This document shows positions 50,721 to 62,054 of a stretch of DNA of 64,000 nucleotides, piece after piece; position 1 is the first letter of the stretch; every line of letters starts with the position of its first letter. A program made the position numbers and the translations under genes. The notes beneath the pieces were generated by a model. That model was not told where the DNA came from. It searched no databases and saw only the letters and a program-made list of their open reading frames with translations. Source of the DNA: Podarcis liolepis (Eukaryota); NCBI GenBank assembly GCA_965112155.1, contig OZ218113.1; one strand, 5' to 3'.

Positions 50721-52017
50721 TTTCAGCATAGTGGGGAACAAGTTGAGATTGGGGGGGGGAGCAATCTGTGTGCCTGCTCTGATGGGCAACTTCATGCACC
50801 CCCCCCCCCCGCACTTCTGATGGTTCTTTCTTTTTAACCAGACTTCGATCAGACAGCCCTACAAACATTAAATTGAGGGACTGCCCTCTAAAATAGGGTA
50901 CATGGCTACCCTAATTCCAATGGCTCTGAAGGTCTTTCCGTGCAGTGATGTCTAGATGGATTGGGAACTAAGATTTTTCCTCCCCTGTAAACTCCCCATT
51001 TTGGCCCCCTCCACCCTTTTACCATTTTGCCTGGCTAATCTGCAAGGATCTCCATCCATCCATCCGCCTGTCTACACAGCGGATAAATTTACAAGCTGAC
51101 AAATTCCTGGAGTTCATATAGTGGCGGCAAAATTCCTGGCAATAGCAGATTAGACTGCAAAGCAGCTGGTGAGAAGATGGCTTGACCTTACGGTCTTGGA
51201 AATCAGCCTTCTGTGCTGGGCTGCGTGGCTTTGCAGCAGGAGGTAAGGAGTAGCTAAAATTTAGCTGCAAAATAAAGCTTCTGGGTCCAGAGGCAGTAAA
51301 CCTAAAGTACTGGTTGCTAGGGGTCATGAAGGGGGAGAGTGGGTTATTGCCTAATTGCCTCAGAGTCACCTGGTTGGCTATTGTGGGGAAACACTATGAT
51401 GTGAGGCTGTTAAAGGCAGCCTTGAAGAAGGGCTTGGATTAAAGTTTGCAATCTGACTTTGCAATCAGTTTCAAGGGCTTGGGCTTTTCGTGGACTCTTG
51501 TTTCTACAATTCATCCCTACTCCCTGGTGACATATGAACCTAACCAAATGCCATGCTGCGTCAAAAACCTTGCCTCTCTTTTATTTATTTAATTTTTTAC
51601 ATGCCCTTTGCCATAATGTCCCAGGACAGGTTACAATTATAAATAAAAATGAAACCATTGCAATAATCCCCCCGTCAGTCTTTTTCCCCTTTTACTAAAC
51701 ACAGCTCTAGCTTGGGTCCCCCCCCCCCATGTTTGATCCCTACTCAGCACTCACCAGTCACTGAAGCAGGCAGTGAAACAGAAGGTCAGCACCCTGCCCC
51801 CCACTGGTGGTGCATAATAGAGGTGGACCACGGGGAACCCAGCTCTGGGGCTTCTTTCAGAGCTGGAGCAATGGTGTCATCTGCTGGAGCACCAGGGTGA
51901 CTGGTAGATGCTCCTTGTTTTGGCAAGTGAGGTGATAATGAGGCTTTCAAGTTTCAGAAGGAGGAGTTACTTAATTTATGTACCACTTCATATTTCAACA
52001 TACACCCCCTTAGCAGT

Positions 52018-53658
52018 TTACAAATCTGAACAAAAAGGATTTTTCCGGTGTTTTAAAATTTGTCTAAAGTGAGACATAGCATTATCATTGAAAGTGTTAG
52101 TGGCACGACTTACAGCAGCTTTATCAGGGTGATATTTTTCAACAAAACTTTGCACTTCAACCCATTTTGCACACATTTCTTTGATCAGTGCAGTAGGAAC
52201 ACTGTCTCTTCTCTCCTCCTCCTCCTCCGAAGACAATTTCTCAGTTGTCGCCCGTTGCTGCTCCTTCAGAATGTTTTGAAGTTCTTCTGTGGTGAGTTCC
52301 GTCTTGTGGTCCTCCACTAACTCCTCAACATCATCACTACTCACTTCCAAGCCCATGGACTTTCCCAGAGACACAATCTCCTCAACAATAGGAGCATCCT
52401 CTTCAACATCCTCAAATACACATTCAGGGACAGCTTCTGGCCACAATGTCTTCCATGCTGACTTCATTGTTCTCTGAGACACATCCCTCCATGCTTTGTC
52501 TATAAGATGTAAGCAATGTAGGATATTGAAATTATTCTTCCAGAACTCTCTGAGGGTTAGCTCTGTGTCTGAGGTAACCTCAAAGCACCTTTGGAACAGT
52601 GCTCTGGTGTAAAGCTTCTTAAAATTAGGTATGACCTGCTGGTCCATGGGCTGGATGAGAGAAGTTGTGTTGGGGGGCAAAAACATTACATTGATAAAAC
52701 TGAACTCTTCCACCAACTCTTCCTCCAACCCTGGAGGGTGAGCTGGAGCACTATCCATAACAAGCAGGCACTTCATTGGGAGATTTTTGTACTGGAGGTA
52801 TTCTTTTACACTTGGCCCAAACACTTCATGAACCCACTCAATAAAAAACTGCCTGGTTACCCAAGCTTTGCTGTTTGCCCTCCACATCACAGGCAATTTG
52901 CTTTTTATGACATTGTTTTTCTTAAATACCCAGGGGTTCTCAGAATGGTAGACTAGCAAAGGCGTCACCTTAAAATCTCCACTTGCATTCCCACATAATA
53001 AAAGGGTTAGCCTGTCTTTCATGGGCTTGTGTCCTGGCAATGATTTCTCCTCCTTTGTTATGTAGGTATTCTTTGGCATTTTCTTCCAAAAGAGGCCTGT
53101 CTCATCACAGTTGAAAACTTGTTGGGGAAGGAAACCATCTGCCTCTACATAATCTTTAAATGCCAAAACAAATCGGTTGGCTTCTTCTTTGATGGCACTG
53201 GCAGCTTCACCAAGCCTCACCACACTGTGGATGCCACTTCTCCTCTTAAAATTATCAAACCACCCTCTGCTTGCCTTGAAAATATCACTCTCAGCACTTG
53301 TTCCAGGGGTGCTTTTGATGAGGTCAGCATGCAAATCTAAAGCTTTTTTACAAATCATGCTCTCAGAAATGCGGTCACCCGCCAACTGTTTTTCATTTAT
53401 CCATATGAAAAGCAATTTTTCCACTTCTTCAATTGTCTGTGTTCTTTGTCTTGTAAGTGTTTTAACACCTCTTGCAACATTGGCTCCTTTAATGGCTTCT
53501 TTATTTTTTAAGATGCTAGAAACTGTAGATTTGGCAATACCAAACTGCTTTGCCAGATCACTTACACGGACACCACTTTCATGTTTGGAAATAATTTCCT
53601 TCTTCACCTCTATTGTTATTCTGTTAAGGATTTTCTTGGCTTTACAGCTTTTATCCAT
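52018..53658 (-). CDS. Tigger/pogo-family transposase (TIGD1-like), 546 aa uninterrupted: CENP-B-type HTH, HTH_Tnp_Tc5, DDE_1
   Basis: FKASRGWFDNFKRR, FNCDETGLFWK, KDRLTLLLCGNASGD, LVMDSAPAH and LPPNTTSLIQPMDQ; catalytic triad with 36 residues between the second and third Asp (DD36D). Confidence 0.9.
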   Translation of the reverse strand: MDKSCKAKKILNRITIEVKKEIISKHESGVRVSDLAKQFGIAKSTVSSILKNKEAIKGANVARGVKTLTRQRTQTIEEVEKLLFIWINEKQLAGDRISESMICKKALDLHADLIKSTPGTSAESDIFKASRGWFDNFKRRSGIHSVVRLGEAASAIKEEANRFVLAFKDYVEADGFLPQQVFNCDETGLFWKKMPKNTYITKEEKSLPGHKPMKDRLTLLLCGNASGDFKVTPLLVYHSENPWVFKKNNVIKSKLPVMWRANSKAWVTRQFFIEWVHEVFGPSVKEYLQYKNLPMKCLLVMDSAPAHPPGLEEELVEEFSFINVMFLPPNTTSLIQPMDQQVIPNFKKLYTRALFQRCFEVTSDTELTLREFWKNNFNILHCLHLIDKAWRDVSQRTMKSAWKTLWPEAVPECVFEDVEEDAPIVEEIVSLGKSMGLEVSSDDVEELVEDHKTELTTEELQNILKEQQRATTEKLSSEEEEERRDSVPTALIKEMCAKWVEVQSFVEKYHPDKAAVSRATNTFNDNAMSHFRQILKHRKNPFCSDL

Positions 53659-53995
53659 TTCTCACAGCACGGGGTGATTGGCAGAGGGCTCCTGAGATGA
53701 GATGAATACAGATTTATGCACTGGGTTCCACAGTCACAAAAACAAACTGGTTGCAAGAGAGCTCCTGAGATGAGCACAGATTGATTGCATACAGTCACCA
53801 AATAAGCCCAAATATCACCTCTGTGGTGCACGGGTGCCAACAGCTAGGCCTCAGGATCTTGCACTCAGCAGAAGCTGCGTGGCATGTTCGACTTCCGAGG
53901 TGTGTTCAAAAACCGAAGCATTTACTTCCAGGTTTACAGCTTTCGTAAACCGAAACATTCATCAATAGAAACATTCGAAAACCGAGGTCCCACTG
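52042..53995 (-). mobile_element. Tigger DNA transposon, 3'-truncated (5' TIR only)
   Basis: Minus strand begins CAGTGGGACCTCGGTTTTCGAA at 53995; no matching TIR was seen downstream of the ORF. Confidence 0.8.
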
Positions 53996-55123
53996 TGTAA
54001 GAAACACAATACAATTTCCGCATTCAAAACCAAATACTGTACCAAATTATAAATCATGATTCCACATTCTAATTTAATTCAATAAATGTGCATGTAAGTG
54101 AAAGAACCAAGTACCACAAAAAAAAAATCTTATACAAAACATCCAAATGCAGAAGACCCTTCGGAAGCTGCAGGCAGACATGCAGGGTGTGTTAGAGCTA
54201 TGACAAATTGCAGGCAGCTGACTTCACAGCACCTCTCTGTTGCTCACGCGGCTTGCCTCTTATTGAATTAGGTGTAACCACACCTTTAGCACATATAATG
54301 CCTCTGCCTGCCTGTTGATGAGCAATCTTCAAAGAACACAGGATGACTACACACCTGACAGAAGGAGCGGAAGGATGATTTCAGTCTTACTCCATCTACT
54401 CTCCCCAACCCCGTCTCATGAACCATGTGCCACCTTGGAGGTCCACTCCTTCAACAAATTTATTGTGCTAGCCAGAGGCCATGACAATCACCTTGGAGAT
54501 TATATAGAGAGAATCTATTCTGAAACATAGGAAGCTGCCTTATACAGAATCAGACCCACTGGTCCATCTAACTATATTGACTGGCAGCAGCTCTCCAGGC
54601 AGGGCTCTCTGCCAGCCCTACCTGGAGATGCTGGGGATTGAGCCTCTGGGATCTCCTGAATGCAAAAATTGTGGTCAAACCACTGAGAAATGGCCCTTCC
54701 TGGTTCACAGATGTCTTTTTAAATTTGCAAAGCGGAGCAGTGCATATTAAGGTTCTCTTAATAAGGCAGCAATCTTAATCTGTGTTATGTAAACATGAAA
54801 AGGCACTTAGGAGCAGAGTAATAATTGGCAGCTTCAGCTATAAGAATCAAAGTAGCAGGTGATGGGAAAGAAAGATCCTTCTCTGGTGGAAACCCTGGAG
54901 AGCGGCTGCCAGTCAAAGCAGATGCCACTGGCCTAGACGGACAAATAATTTGCAGCTTCTTCCCTTTCATGGGAGGGACTGTAACTCGGTGACAAAGCAT
55001 CAGCACTGCATGCAGACGGCATGCAGCATCTCCTGTTAGAAAGGGATTGAGCAGTTTAAATGTATCCCAGGTCCAAAGAGGGGAGAAGCAGCAGCTCATA
55101 GTAATCCATGGGAAAGCCTAATA

Positions 55124-55259
55124 CCGTCTTCCTCAAACTCGGCCCTCCGGATGTTTTGAGACTACAATTCCCATCATCCCTGACCACTGGTCCTGCTAGC
55201 TAGGGATCATGGGAGTTTTAGGCCAAAAATATCTGGAGGGCCCAGTTTGAGGAAGCCTG
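55124..55259. mobile_element. Palindromic hAT MITE
   Basis: cttcctcaaact...agtttgaggaagcctg; TSD GCCTAATA/GTCTAATA. Confidence 0.82.
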
Positions 55260-55949
55260 GTCTAATATATCCACATAATTGTGACTGGGCGTTTAGAGTT
55301 GCTGCCAACTAATCTCTGTTCAGAGTAGATCCAATGTAACAAATTGGCCGAAGTGGGATCACGTTCATTATGATCAGAGCATCTACTCCAAGTAGGGCTA
55401 ATGCTGGATACAACTCTTAGTGCGTCCACACACCCCAAAACAGATCGCAGCAAAGAGGGGTGCTTCTGCTCTACCTCTTTCCTTAAAAAAAAAGAAGTTT
55501 TTCAACATATTCATAAAGTAGCCCAGCTAATACAAACGCACGTGCATCTCATTATTTCCATGATTGCAGGTTGGAGACTGTAGTTGGGAGTGCCTTGCGA
55601 CAGCCCTGCAGTGCACTGTCTTCTGAGTACTGCGGAATGGAGGCTTGCCTGAAGCCGAGAGAGTAGTTTGCAAGGGCCCTTCAAAATGCACTCCAGTAGT
55701 AATTGGCCCCAATGCAGGAAGGGCTGAGACTGAAACAGTACAGTAGCTTGCAACAACCCTGCAGTGTTGCCCGCTATGACACCCCTACTGCATAGCTGTC
55801 AACGTTTCCCTTTTTTAAAGGGAAATTCCCTTATTCCGAATAGGACTCCTCGCAAGAAAAGGGAAAAGTTGACAGCTATGCCCTATTGCAGGAGGGGCTT
55901 CACAGGTCTGCGATGCTTACTGGTGGGAGGCTCAGGTGGGTCTGGTTGG

Positions 55950-56500
55950 CTTTTGTGAGCAAAGGCGAGTCGTATTTCTTTTTACCTTCCCCAGAGCCAA
56001 ATCCAGCGCTCAGTTGCCTACGGGAGACTCAACCTGCCCCACCGACTCGCGGGCAAAGCGGCTGTCATTTTAGATCTGCCCAGGCGCCTCTCTCACTTTC
56101 GCCTCTGGAGAGAAGGCTGGTTGAGAGCGGGAACGCGGAAGCGGCCGCTCTTCCCTTTTCATGCGTCTACGGTTCCGCCCGTCGGCCTCTAGGGGGCGAA
56201 GCGCGCGTGCGCAGTCGCTGCCTGGCAGGCCGCTCTGCCTTCCCCGCTTCATCTCCCCGTCGAGTTCCGGGTCAAAGAGAAAAGAGAAACTTTCCGGCGC
56301 CTTCGGAAGATGCCGAAGCCCACTCAGGGGGTCCCGAACCCCTTATTTACGCGCTGGCTCCAGGAGTGGCGCGACCAGGCCGCCGAGCGCGGGCGCCTCA
56401 GGAGCCAACGCGCCTATGAACGGGTAAGCCACGCCCTCTAGTGGCAGGCCACGCCCTCCGGGTGTTTTGCTCCGCCCATATCCCCCTTCGCGCTCGTTGG
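55950..56500 (+). promoter_or_regulatory. MUS81: MUS81 CpG-island promoter
   Basis: CpG-rich; ETS-like CGGAAG/TTCCGG sites, NRF1-like GCGCGTGCGC, and CTCF-like motifs at 56186-56198 (+) and 56431-56444 (-). Confidence 0.75.
56310..56423 (+). CDS. MUS81: MUS81 crossover-junction endonuclease, coding exon 1
   Basis: MPKPTQGVPNPLFTRWLQEWRDQAAERGRLRSQRAYER|GTAAG matches human CPNPLFVRWLTEWRDEA; in-frame upstream TAG at 56190. Not in the ORF track. Confidence 0.92.
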
Positions 56501-57099
56501 ATTCCCCTCAGCACCCAATTTATAATGTAGTAATATAATGCTAACACATAATATTAAACTTCTTGGACTTTTCTCCCCAGCTGGCCATTAGGATAACTTG
56601 CATCTGAAATTGTTTGTTTCCTCCTCTCTCCCAATACATTTTCCTCTAGTGCTATGCCTTAAAATTATAAGCCTTCGGGCAGGGACCTATGAGTAAAGCT
56701 GCTATGGGAGCTCTGTTTTTGGCTGAACAAGCAGGATCGATAAACATGCATAAATGATGGGTAAGATCTTGACTTGGAGTCCACCCATGTTAGTTACTAA
56801 TTTCAATATGTATCTTCTAAGTATCACTTACAAAGCAATCCTGTACATATACTGTATACTGAGAAATCTTACTCCCAAATAAAGTGAGTATCAGGTTGAA
56901 ATTGAAGTCTGGATCCAGCCCTAAGTATCAGCAACTATGAACTGACCAAAGAGAATATGTATGGGTTAGTTCAAATTTCACAGAGTGGTTGTGGCTCCAG
57001 CCTGAACTGCTCTCCTTGTTAGTCAAAGCGAAGAGACAGGGGAAACCATGTGCACCTCTCCTTACTATCAAAACAATAAATCCTCTTCCTTGTGTTCAG

Positions 57100-57247
57100 G
57101 CGCTGAGCTCTCTCCGCAAATACCCACTCCCTTTGCGCAGCGGGCGCGAGGCTCGGATCCTCCAGTACTTTGGTGAGCACATCTGCCGCCAGCTAGACGA
57201 GCAGCTGGAGAGACACTGCCAAGCCCAGGATGGCACAGTGTTGACAG
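57100..57247 (+). CDS. MUS81: MUS81 exon 2 (N-terminal HhH)
   Basis: ttcag|[36 protein letters not shown]...|GTGAG; ends in phase 1. Confidence 0.95.
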
Positions 57248-58204
57248 GTGAGTGGTGAGGCAGCCGTGTGAAGGTCCAGTGTGTGCTCGAGTCTGTTCCT
57301 TAAATAGAAAGTAAGGTTCCAGTCCTCATGGTACTGAATAAAGGACTGGTTTAAATAGAAACATAGGAGGCTGGTTTATACTGAGTCAGACTATCTGTCC
57401 ATGTAGCACAGTATTGCTTGCCCACAGTGGTTTGCAAAAGCTCTCCAGAGTTTCATACAGTCCTACCTGAAGATGCCAGGGATTGACTCTGAGATTTTCT
57501 GTATGCAAAGAAAGTACCCTTCCACTGTGTTTTGGCTCTTCCCTCTGAAACAAGTAGAGTCTTCTCTTGCCACTTAAGTCATATTCAAGGAGGAGCCTGG
57601 TGAGTATCCCCTGGAAGGAAGTTCCACATTTACATGCTGGCAGAGTGAATGTTGTGCTTTGGGTAGCCGACTCCTGCACATCAGAGGGGTGGAACAAAAA
57701 GGAGGGTGTCAGGTGATGAGGGGAAATTCCAATGGATGCAGGCAGGCCTCACAGTGCAATCCTGTGCATGTCTGTGCAGAAGCCAGCCCCACACTTAACT
57801 CCCAGGTAGCTGCATATTGGATTGCTGTCTAAGGCTGTTTAGGGCTGATATGAACAGGCCAGCATGGGAATTGGCATCATCTAGGTTGGGCCTTGGGGAT
57901 GTTCATTTATCACTAAAGCTGCACAGGTTTCTAGTCCTTATGGCTAGTCCTTGAAAACTGGTAGCATTTCATTAAACGAACAAAAGCTAAGCAGGATGTT
58001 GGCATTTGGAAAGCTTAGTCTTTTAATGCATTCACGGCTGCTTGCTCTTTTGCCCCCTCTCTCTTTCTCTGTCTCTCCCTCTGGGGGGGGGCAGGGGGAA
58101 GAGAGAAGTGCACATATGAGCAAATCTCCTTCATTGGTCTCAGCTGGAATTTCATTAGTCTCCACTAAACATCTATTAAACAGAGTTTATACTGTGAATT
58201 CCAG

Positions 58205-58246
58205 GTCTGCATGCCACAGCTTCTTCTCAGAAGGATCAAGCGGATG
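58205..58246 (+). CDS. MUS81: Possible extra 42-bp symmetric MUS81 linker exon
   Basis: ttccag|...GATG|GTGAGC; open in the phase-1 frame (GLHATASSQKDQAD); no homology support. Confidence 0.3.
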
Positions 58247-58527
58247 GTGAGCTGCTTGGCAGCAGAGCGCTCCAGCCTGCCCTCTGTGCCACAGAGCCAG
58301 ATCAAAACAAAGGACAGTGCTTAAAGGTCCGTGTAAATATCTTGCCCTTACAAGCAATTGAACTATTAGTATGGCCATGTCTCAACTCTCTTTGCCTGAG
58401 CGAGTTCCTCCTAAATTCAAGAGGCAGCCCACTTCCCCTCTTTTCCTCTTCCCGTCTCTTGGAGTGGGGCTGAGTGGATTTAGGGTAGGGTGACGATGCT
58501 GTGATCTTTTCCCACGAATCGTCCCAG

Positions 58528-58589
58528 CCACTGCTGCGCTGGCAGATTACCCAAGTCTGCTCATCCATGCCTGTGCCAACCACTTAAAG
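58528..58589 (+). CDS. MUS81: Probable MUS81 exon 3 (linker, 62 bp)
   Basis: cccag|...AAG|GTGAGA; open reading, and it supplies the phase 1 to phase 0 conversion needed between exons 2 and 4. Confidence 0.55.
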
Positions 58590-60489
58590 GTGAGAATGCA
58601 ACATGTGCATTATCATCAGAATGGGCTGCCAAACATTCATTGAATGATGGTGCAGGTCATAGACTAGAACAAGGGTTGGGGAACCTTTTCAAGCCTTCTC
58701 TCCTTGGCAACCAGCAGTGGGTGCTGCAGAGGCACAAGTGGGTGGCGCTAGAGTCAAAAGCGGGAGGACAAAGGGGCATCACTCCTAACCTTTGTACAGC
58801 AGGCTGCATTTCAGCCATGCAAAAGTTAGTGTTTTCTATATACTGTAAATACACCCACACTCTTCTCCATCCTCCACCAGGCAAGTAAGAGACATTGTTA
58901 CAGTTTAAAGACACATTCCAGCCAAACTAAAGCACCCATGGTTCTGGTTTTAATTTACAAGGGGGTCCAGGATACCTTAAGGACCGCCTGATCCCTTCCT
59001 CATCATTGATGTCTTCAGTAGAGTCACTGTTAGTGCTTCCCCACCCCCCGCATGGCTTGGATGCCCACCTCAAATCCACCAGGAGCTGTGCATTCAGCAT
59101 TGTGACTCAGATTTTGAGGACCTCCCTCCCATCTGAGATCAGGCAGGCCCCCTCTCTGCTGAATGTCCAGCACGTACTGAAGACATTTCAGCTGGGATTT
59201 TGACTGAATTCTGATTTACTTACTGTATTGGTGAGTTTCTTGCACACCCCTTAGATGCTGTCATAATTCAGCAGTACAGTATATAAATTTTCTAAATAGA
59301 TAGATAAATAGGGTGTCGCTTAGGGAGAGGCTCAGAGGAACACATTTGGCTTCCAAGCCTGAGTTTCTCACTCCCTCTTGGGCTACAGCTTCATGGATGG
59401 ATTAATACCCATTCTTGCTGTCAACCAGAAGAAGTAAAAATTCATCTATTCATCATTTGCTTGAACACTGGCCTGAAATGGAGTCCTGTGTAACTTGACA
59501 GCTTGCGTTGTGCAATTTATTATTATTTTTTATAAGATATTTATTTAAAAAATTTGGATATAAGAAAAAAATGAAAAATAAACATACAAAATAATAAACA
59601 ATTAAAAACACACATTAATTTTCAACTTCCATACCCTTATTTCCTCCGACCTCCTCATACTTCCCTTCTTTGTATTCCAGTTCAATTTGTTAGTTCAGCA
59701 AATCCTTACCATTGCGTTGTGCAATTTAAACCACATGGTGCAAGCTTTAAAAGCTACTGCCTTCTGGTTCTTTCTGCTGTCCTGCCCCCCCCCCCCGCAA
59801 AAAAAGTTTGATTGCCACATTGCTATGCCGCACCTCTGAGAGGTGTGGCTGAGGATCATGTAGTGGCCACGCACAGCTGCCTTTCATATTTCCATGGGTC
59901 CTGGGGCAGGCAGCTTTCCCAGTGGATGGTGCCAAAAGCACATTTATCCATTTCGCTTCTTAGCCCGCCGGCCAAAATGCTCTCCTACAAAGCGCGCGCT
60001 CTGCTCCTCCCCGAATGGTCAAAGGCCTTGCAACAGAAAAGACCTTTCATCAAATTTTGAAAAGAGGCATTGTGGCTGGCAGGGAAGCCGTCAGGGAAGG
60101 TAGCCGGCCTGGTTTGCTCATGAAAACATGGAACAGTATTGGGTCAGTTCCCCCACCTCCCACCCCGATTTCCCACTTTTATCCCATAGAAGGGCATTGA
60201 GAACTAGCTATGAATCAGGAAGTCCCTGGTTTAACTCTTGCTTCTGTCACATGCTTACCAAGTCACTTTGGGCTAGTGATGGGGAACCTTTTTCAATGGA
60301 GAGCCGGGTTCCTTTCTGGTCCACCTGGCAGGGGGCACATGTTGGTGGTGGGTGGGGCCAGAGGCGAAAGTAGACGGAGCAACAAATAATTTTTACTTTT
60401 GTACAGAAGGCTAGTTTTTATACCCCCCCCCACACACATCTCCCTATCTTTTATCTAGGCAAGCGAGAAACATTATCAGAGTTCATTTT

Positions 60490-60897
60490 TTTTAAAAAGA
60501 TATTTATTAAAGTTTCAGCATATTACAAAAATAAGAGAGAGAGAAAAAATGAAAATGAAAATACAAAGGAAAAACAGTTAAAAACAAATCAGTCTTTCCA
60601 TATCTTATCTTTCATTTATTTGTTTCCCTGACCTCCTCACACCTCCCTTTTTTGTATTCCAGTTCAATTAGTTAATTCAGCAAATCCTTTCCCTCTTTGA
60701 TTTTATCTTGATCTTTTATCTTAATATATTATAACTTTAGGTTATCACCTGTTAACAATCCATTTTTACACATTCCTTTATAATATTGCTGCTAAAAACC
60801 ACTTAACTTTAATCCAGCACCATTCTAACATTCATTAATTTTGCAGTATTTCTGTAGATAATCTTTAAATTTCTTCCAATCTTCTTCCACCGACTCT
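60490..60897 (-). mobile_element. L1-like LINE 3' end (shorter related copy ~59520-59710)
   Basis: Minus strand VEEDWKKFKDYLQKYCK* followed by an AT-rich UTR and A-rich tail; two related copies. Confidence 0.6.
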
Positions 60898-61282
60898 CAT
60901 CAGAGTTCAAGGCCACGTTCTGGCCAGGGGGGAAAACCTCAAAGCTTTCAGCTGAGCTGGGGAGGGGTGTGGCCTGGAGAGAGCCCTGAGGGCCAGAGAG
61001 ACAGACCTGGAGTGTCACATTTGGCCTCCAAGCCTAGAGTCGTCCCCGTCCCCCCGCCTTAGGAAAGTCCCTCCCACTCAGCCTCGGTTCTTCCAACTAA
61101 GCTGTTGTGCTCGGGTCCTGTTTGCGGCCTTCCTATTGAGGCACCTGAATGACTACTGAGAACAGGATGCTGGGCTAGATGGGCCCCTTCTGGCCTGACC
61201 TAGCAGGGCTTTTCCTTGTGTTCATATGTTCTTAAGACTGGTGGAGTCCCAGAAGAAGACACACCTGGTTTTCCTTTTTCAG

Positions 61283-61381
61283 AAGAAGCAACCAGTATCA
61301 CGCCAGCGTGGCCGGAGGTACTTCCCAGATCCCCGTTCTGGAGCCTTTGCCATTTTGGTGGCTCTGTACCAGGACAGTGTG
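61283..61381 (+). CDS. MUS81: MUS81 exon 4 (start of winged-helix domain, 99 bp)
   Basis: tttttcag|KKQPVSRQRGRRYFPDPRSGAFAILVALYQDSV|GTAAG, compare human YWPARHSGARVILLVLYREHL. Confidence 0.9.
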
Positions 61382-61642
61382 GTAAGATAACAGCTGATGC
61401 AGAATACAGTAAGCTCAAAAACATCACATTTGGGGAGGGGGAGAACCTAGAGCCCACCTTTCCCAGAAGGCTTGTGGGGAAACCCCAGGTGCAGGATGAA
61501 GACCTGAACATTGGAGGATTGTGGGAGTGGCTTTTGTTTTGGAATCCTCTTTAAGAAGTCAGCAAAGGTGGGGCAGTGTTAAGAGGTGGGAATCCTGGGA
61601 GGAAATGTAAAATCTATCCTGCCTTTTTGACCCTTCTTCCAG

Positions 61643-61723
61643 AATCCTCTCTCCCGGGGTTTCCTGACAAAGCCGGAATTACAGAGAGCAGCTCAGCCGC
61701 TGTGTGAGAAATCTTTCTTTCTT
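61643..61723 (+). CDS. MUS81: MUS81 exon 5
   Basis: ttccag|NPLSRGFLTKPELQRAAQPLCEKSFFL|GTGAGT, compare human NPNGHHFLTKEELLQR. Confidence 0.9.
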
Positions 61724-62054
61724 GTGAGTTCCTGTATGATCTGTATTATTTTATTGGTACTGTTGTCACTTTGACTAGAACAAGAAACTTATATAGATTG
61801 ATGAATTAAGAAAATCTTTGGATACCTCCAGACTCTTAACTGTTTTGCAGGAGAGATTCCAGTGTGTCCCAGAAGTTTATGTTTGTGCAATTGAAGTGGA
61901 TTAGAACCCTTTGTCACCCTCGTACAACAATCCACTCTTTTAAGATTCAAAAGCTGACCTTTTGTGGTTAGAAAAGTGATGAGGAAATGCATGGGAAAAT
62001 GGGGGAGGGATGAACGGCTAATGGGAAGACCTATAAAACCCTGCAAGCAAATGA

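Noticed and set aside
58560-58587. SSMPVP peptide identical to the human MUS81 linker in an alternative frame
   Set aside because: That frame hits TAA before the GTGAG donor and does not fit the flanking phases; probably coincidence.
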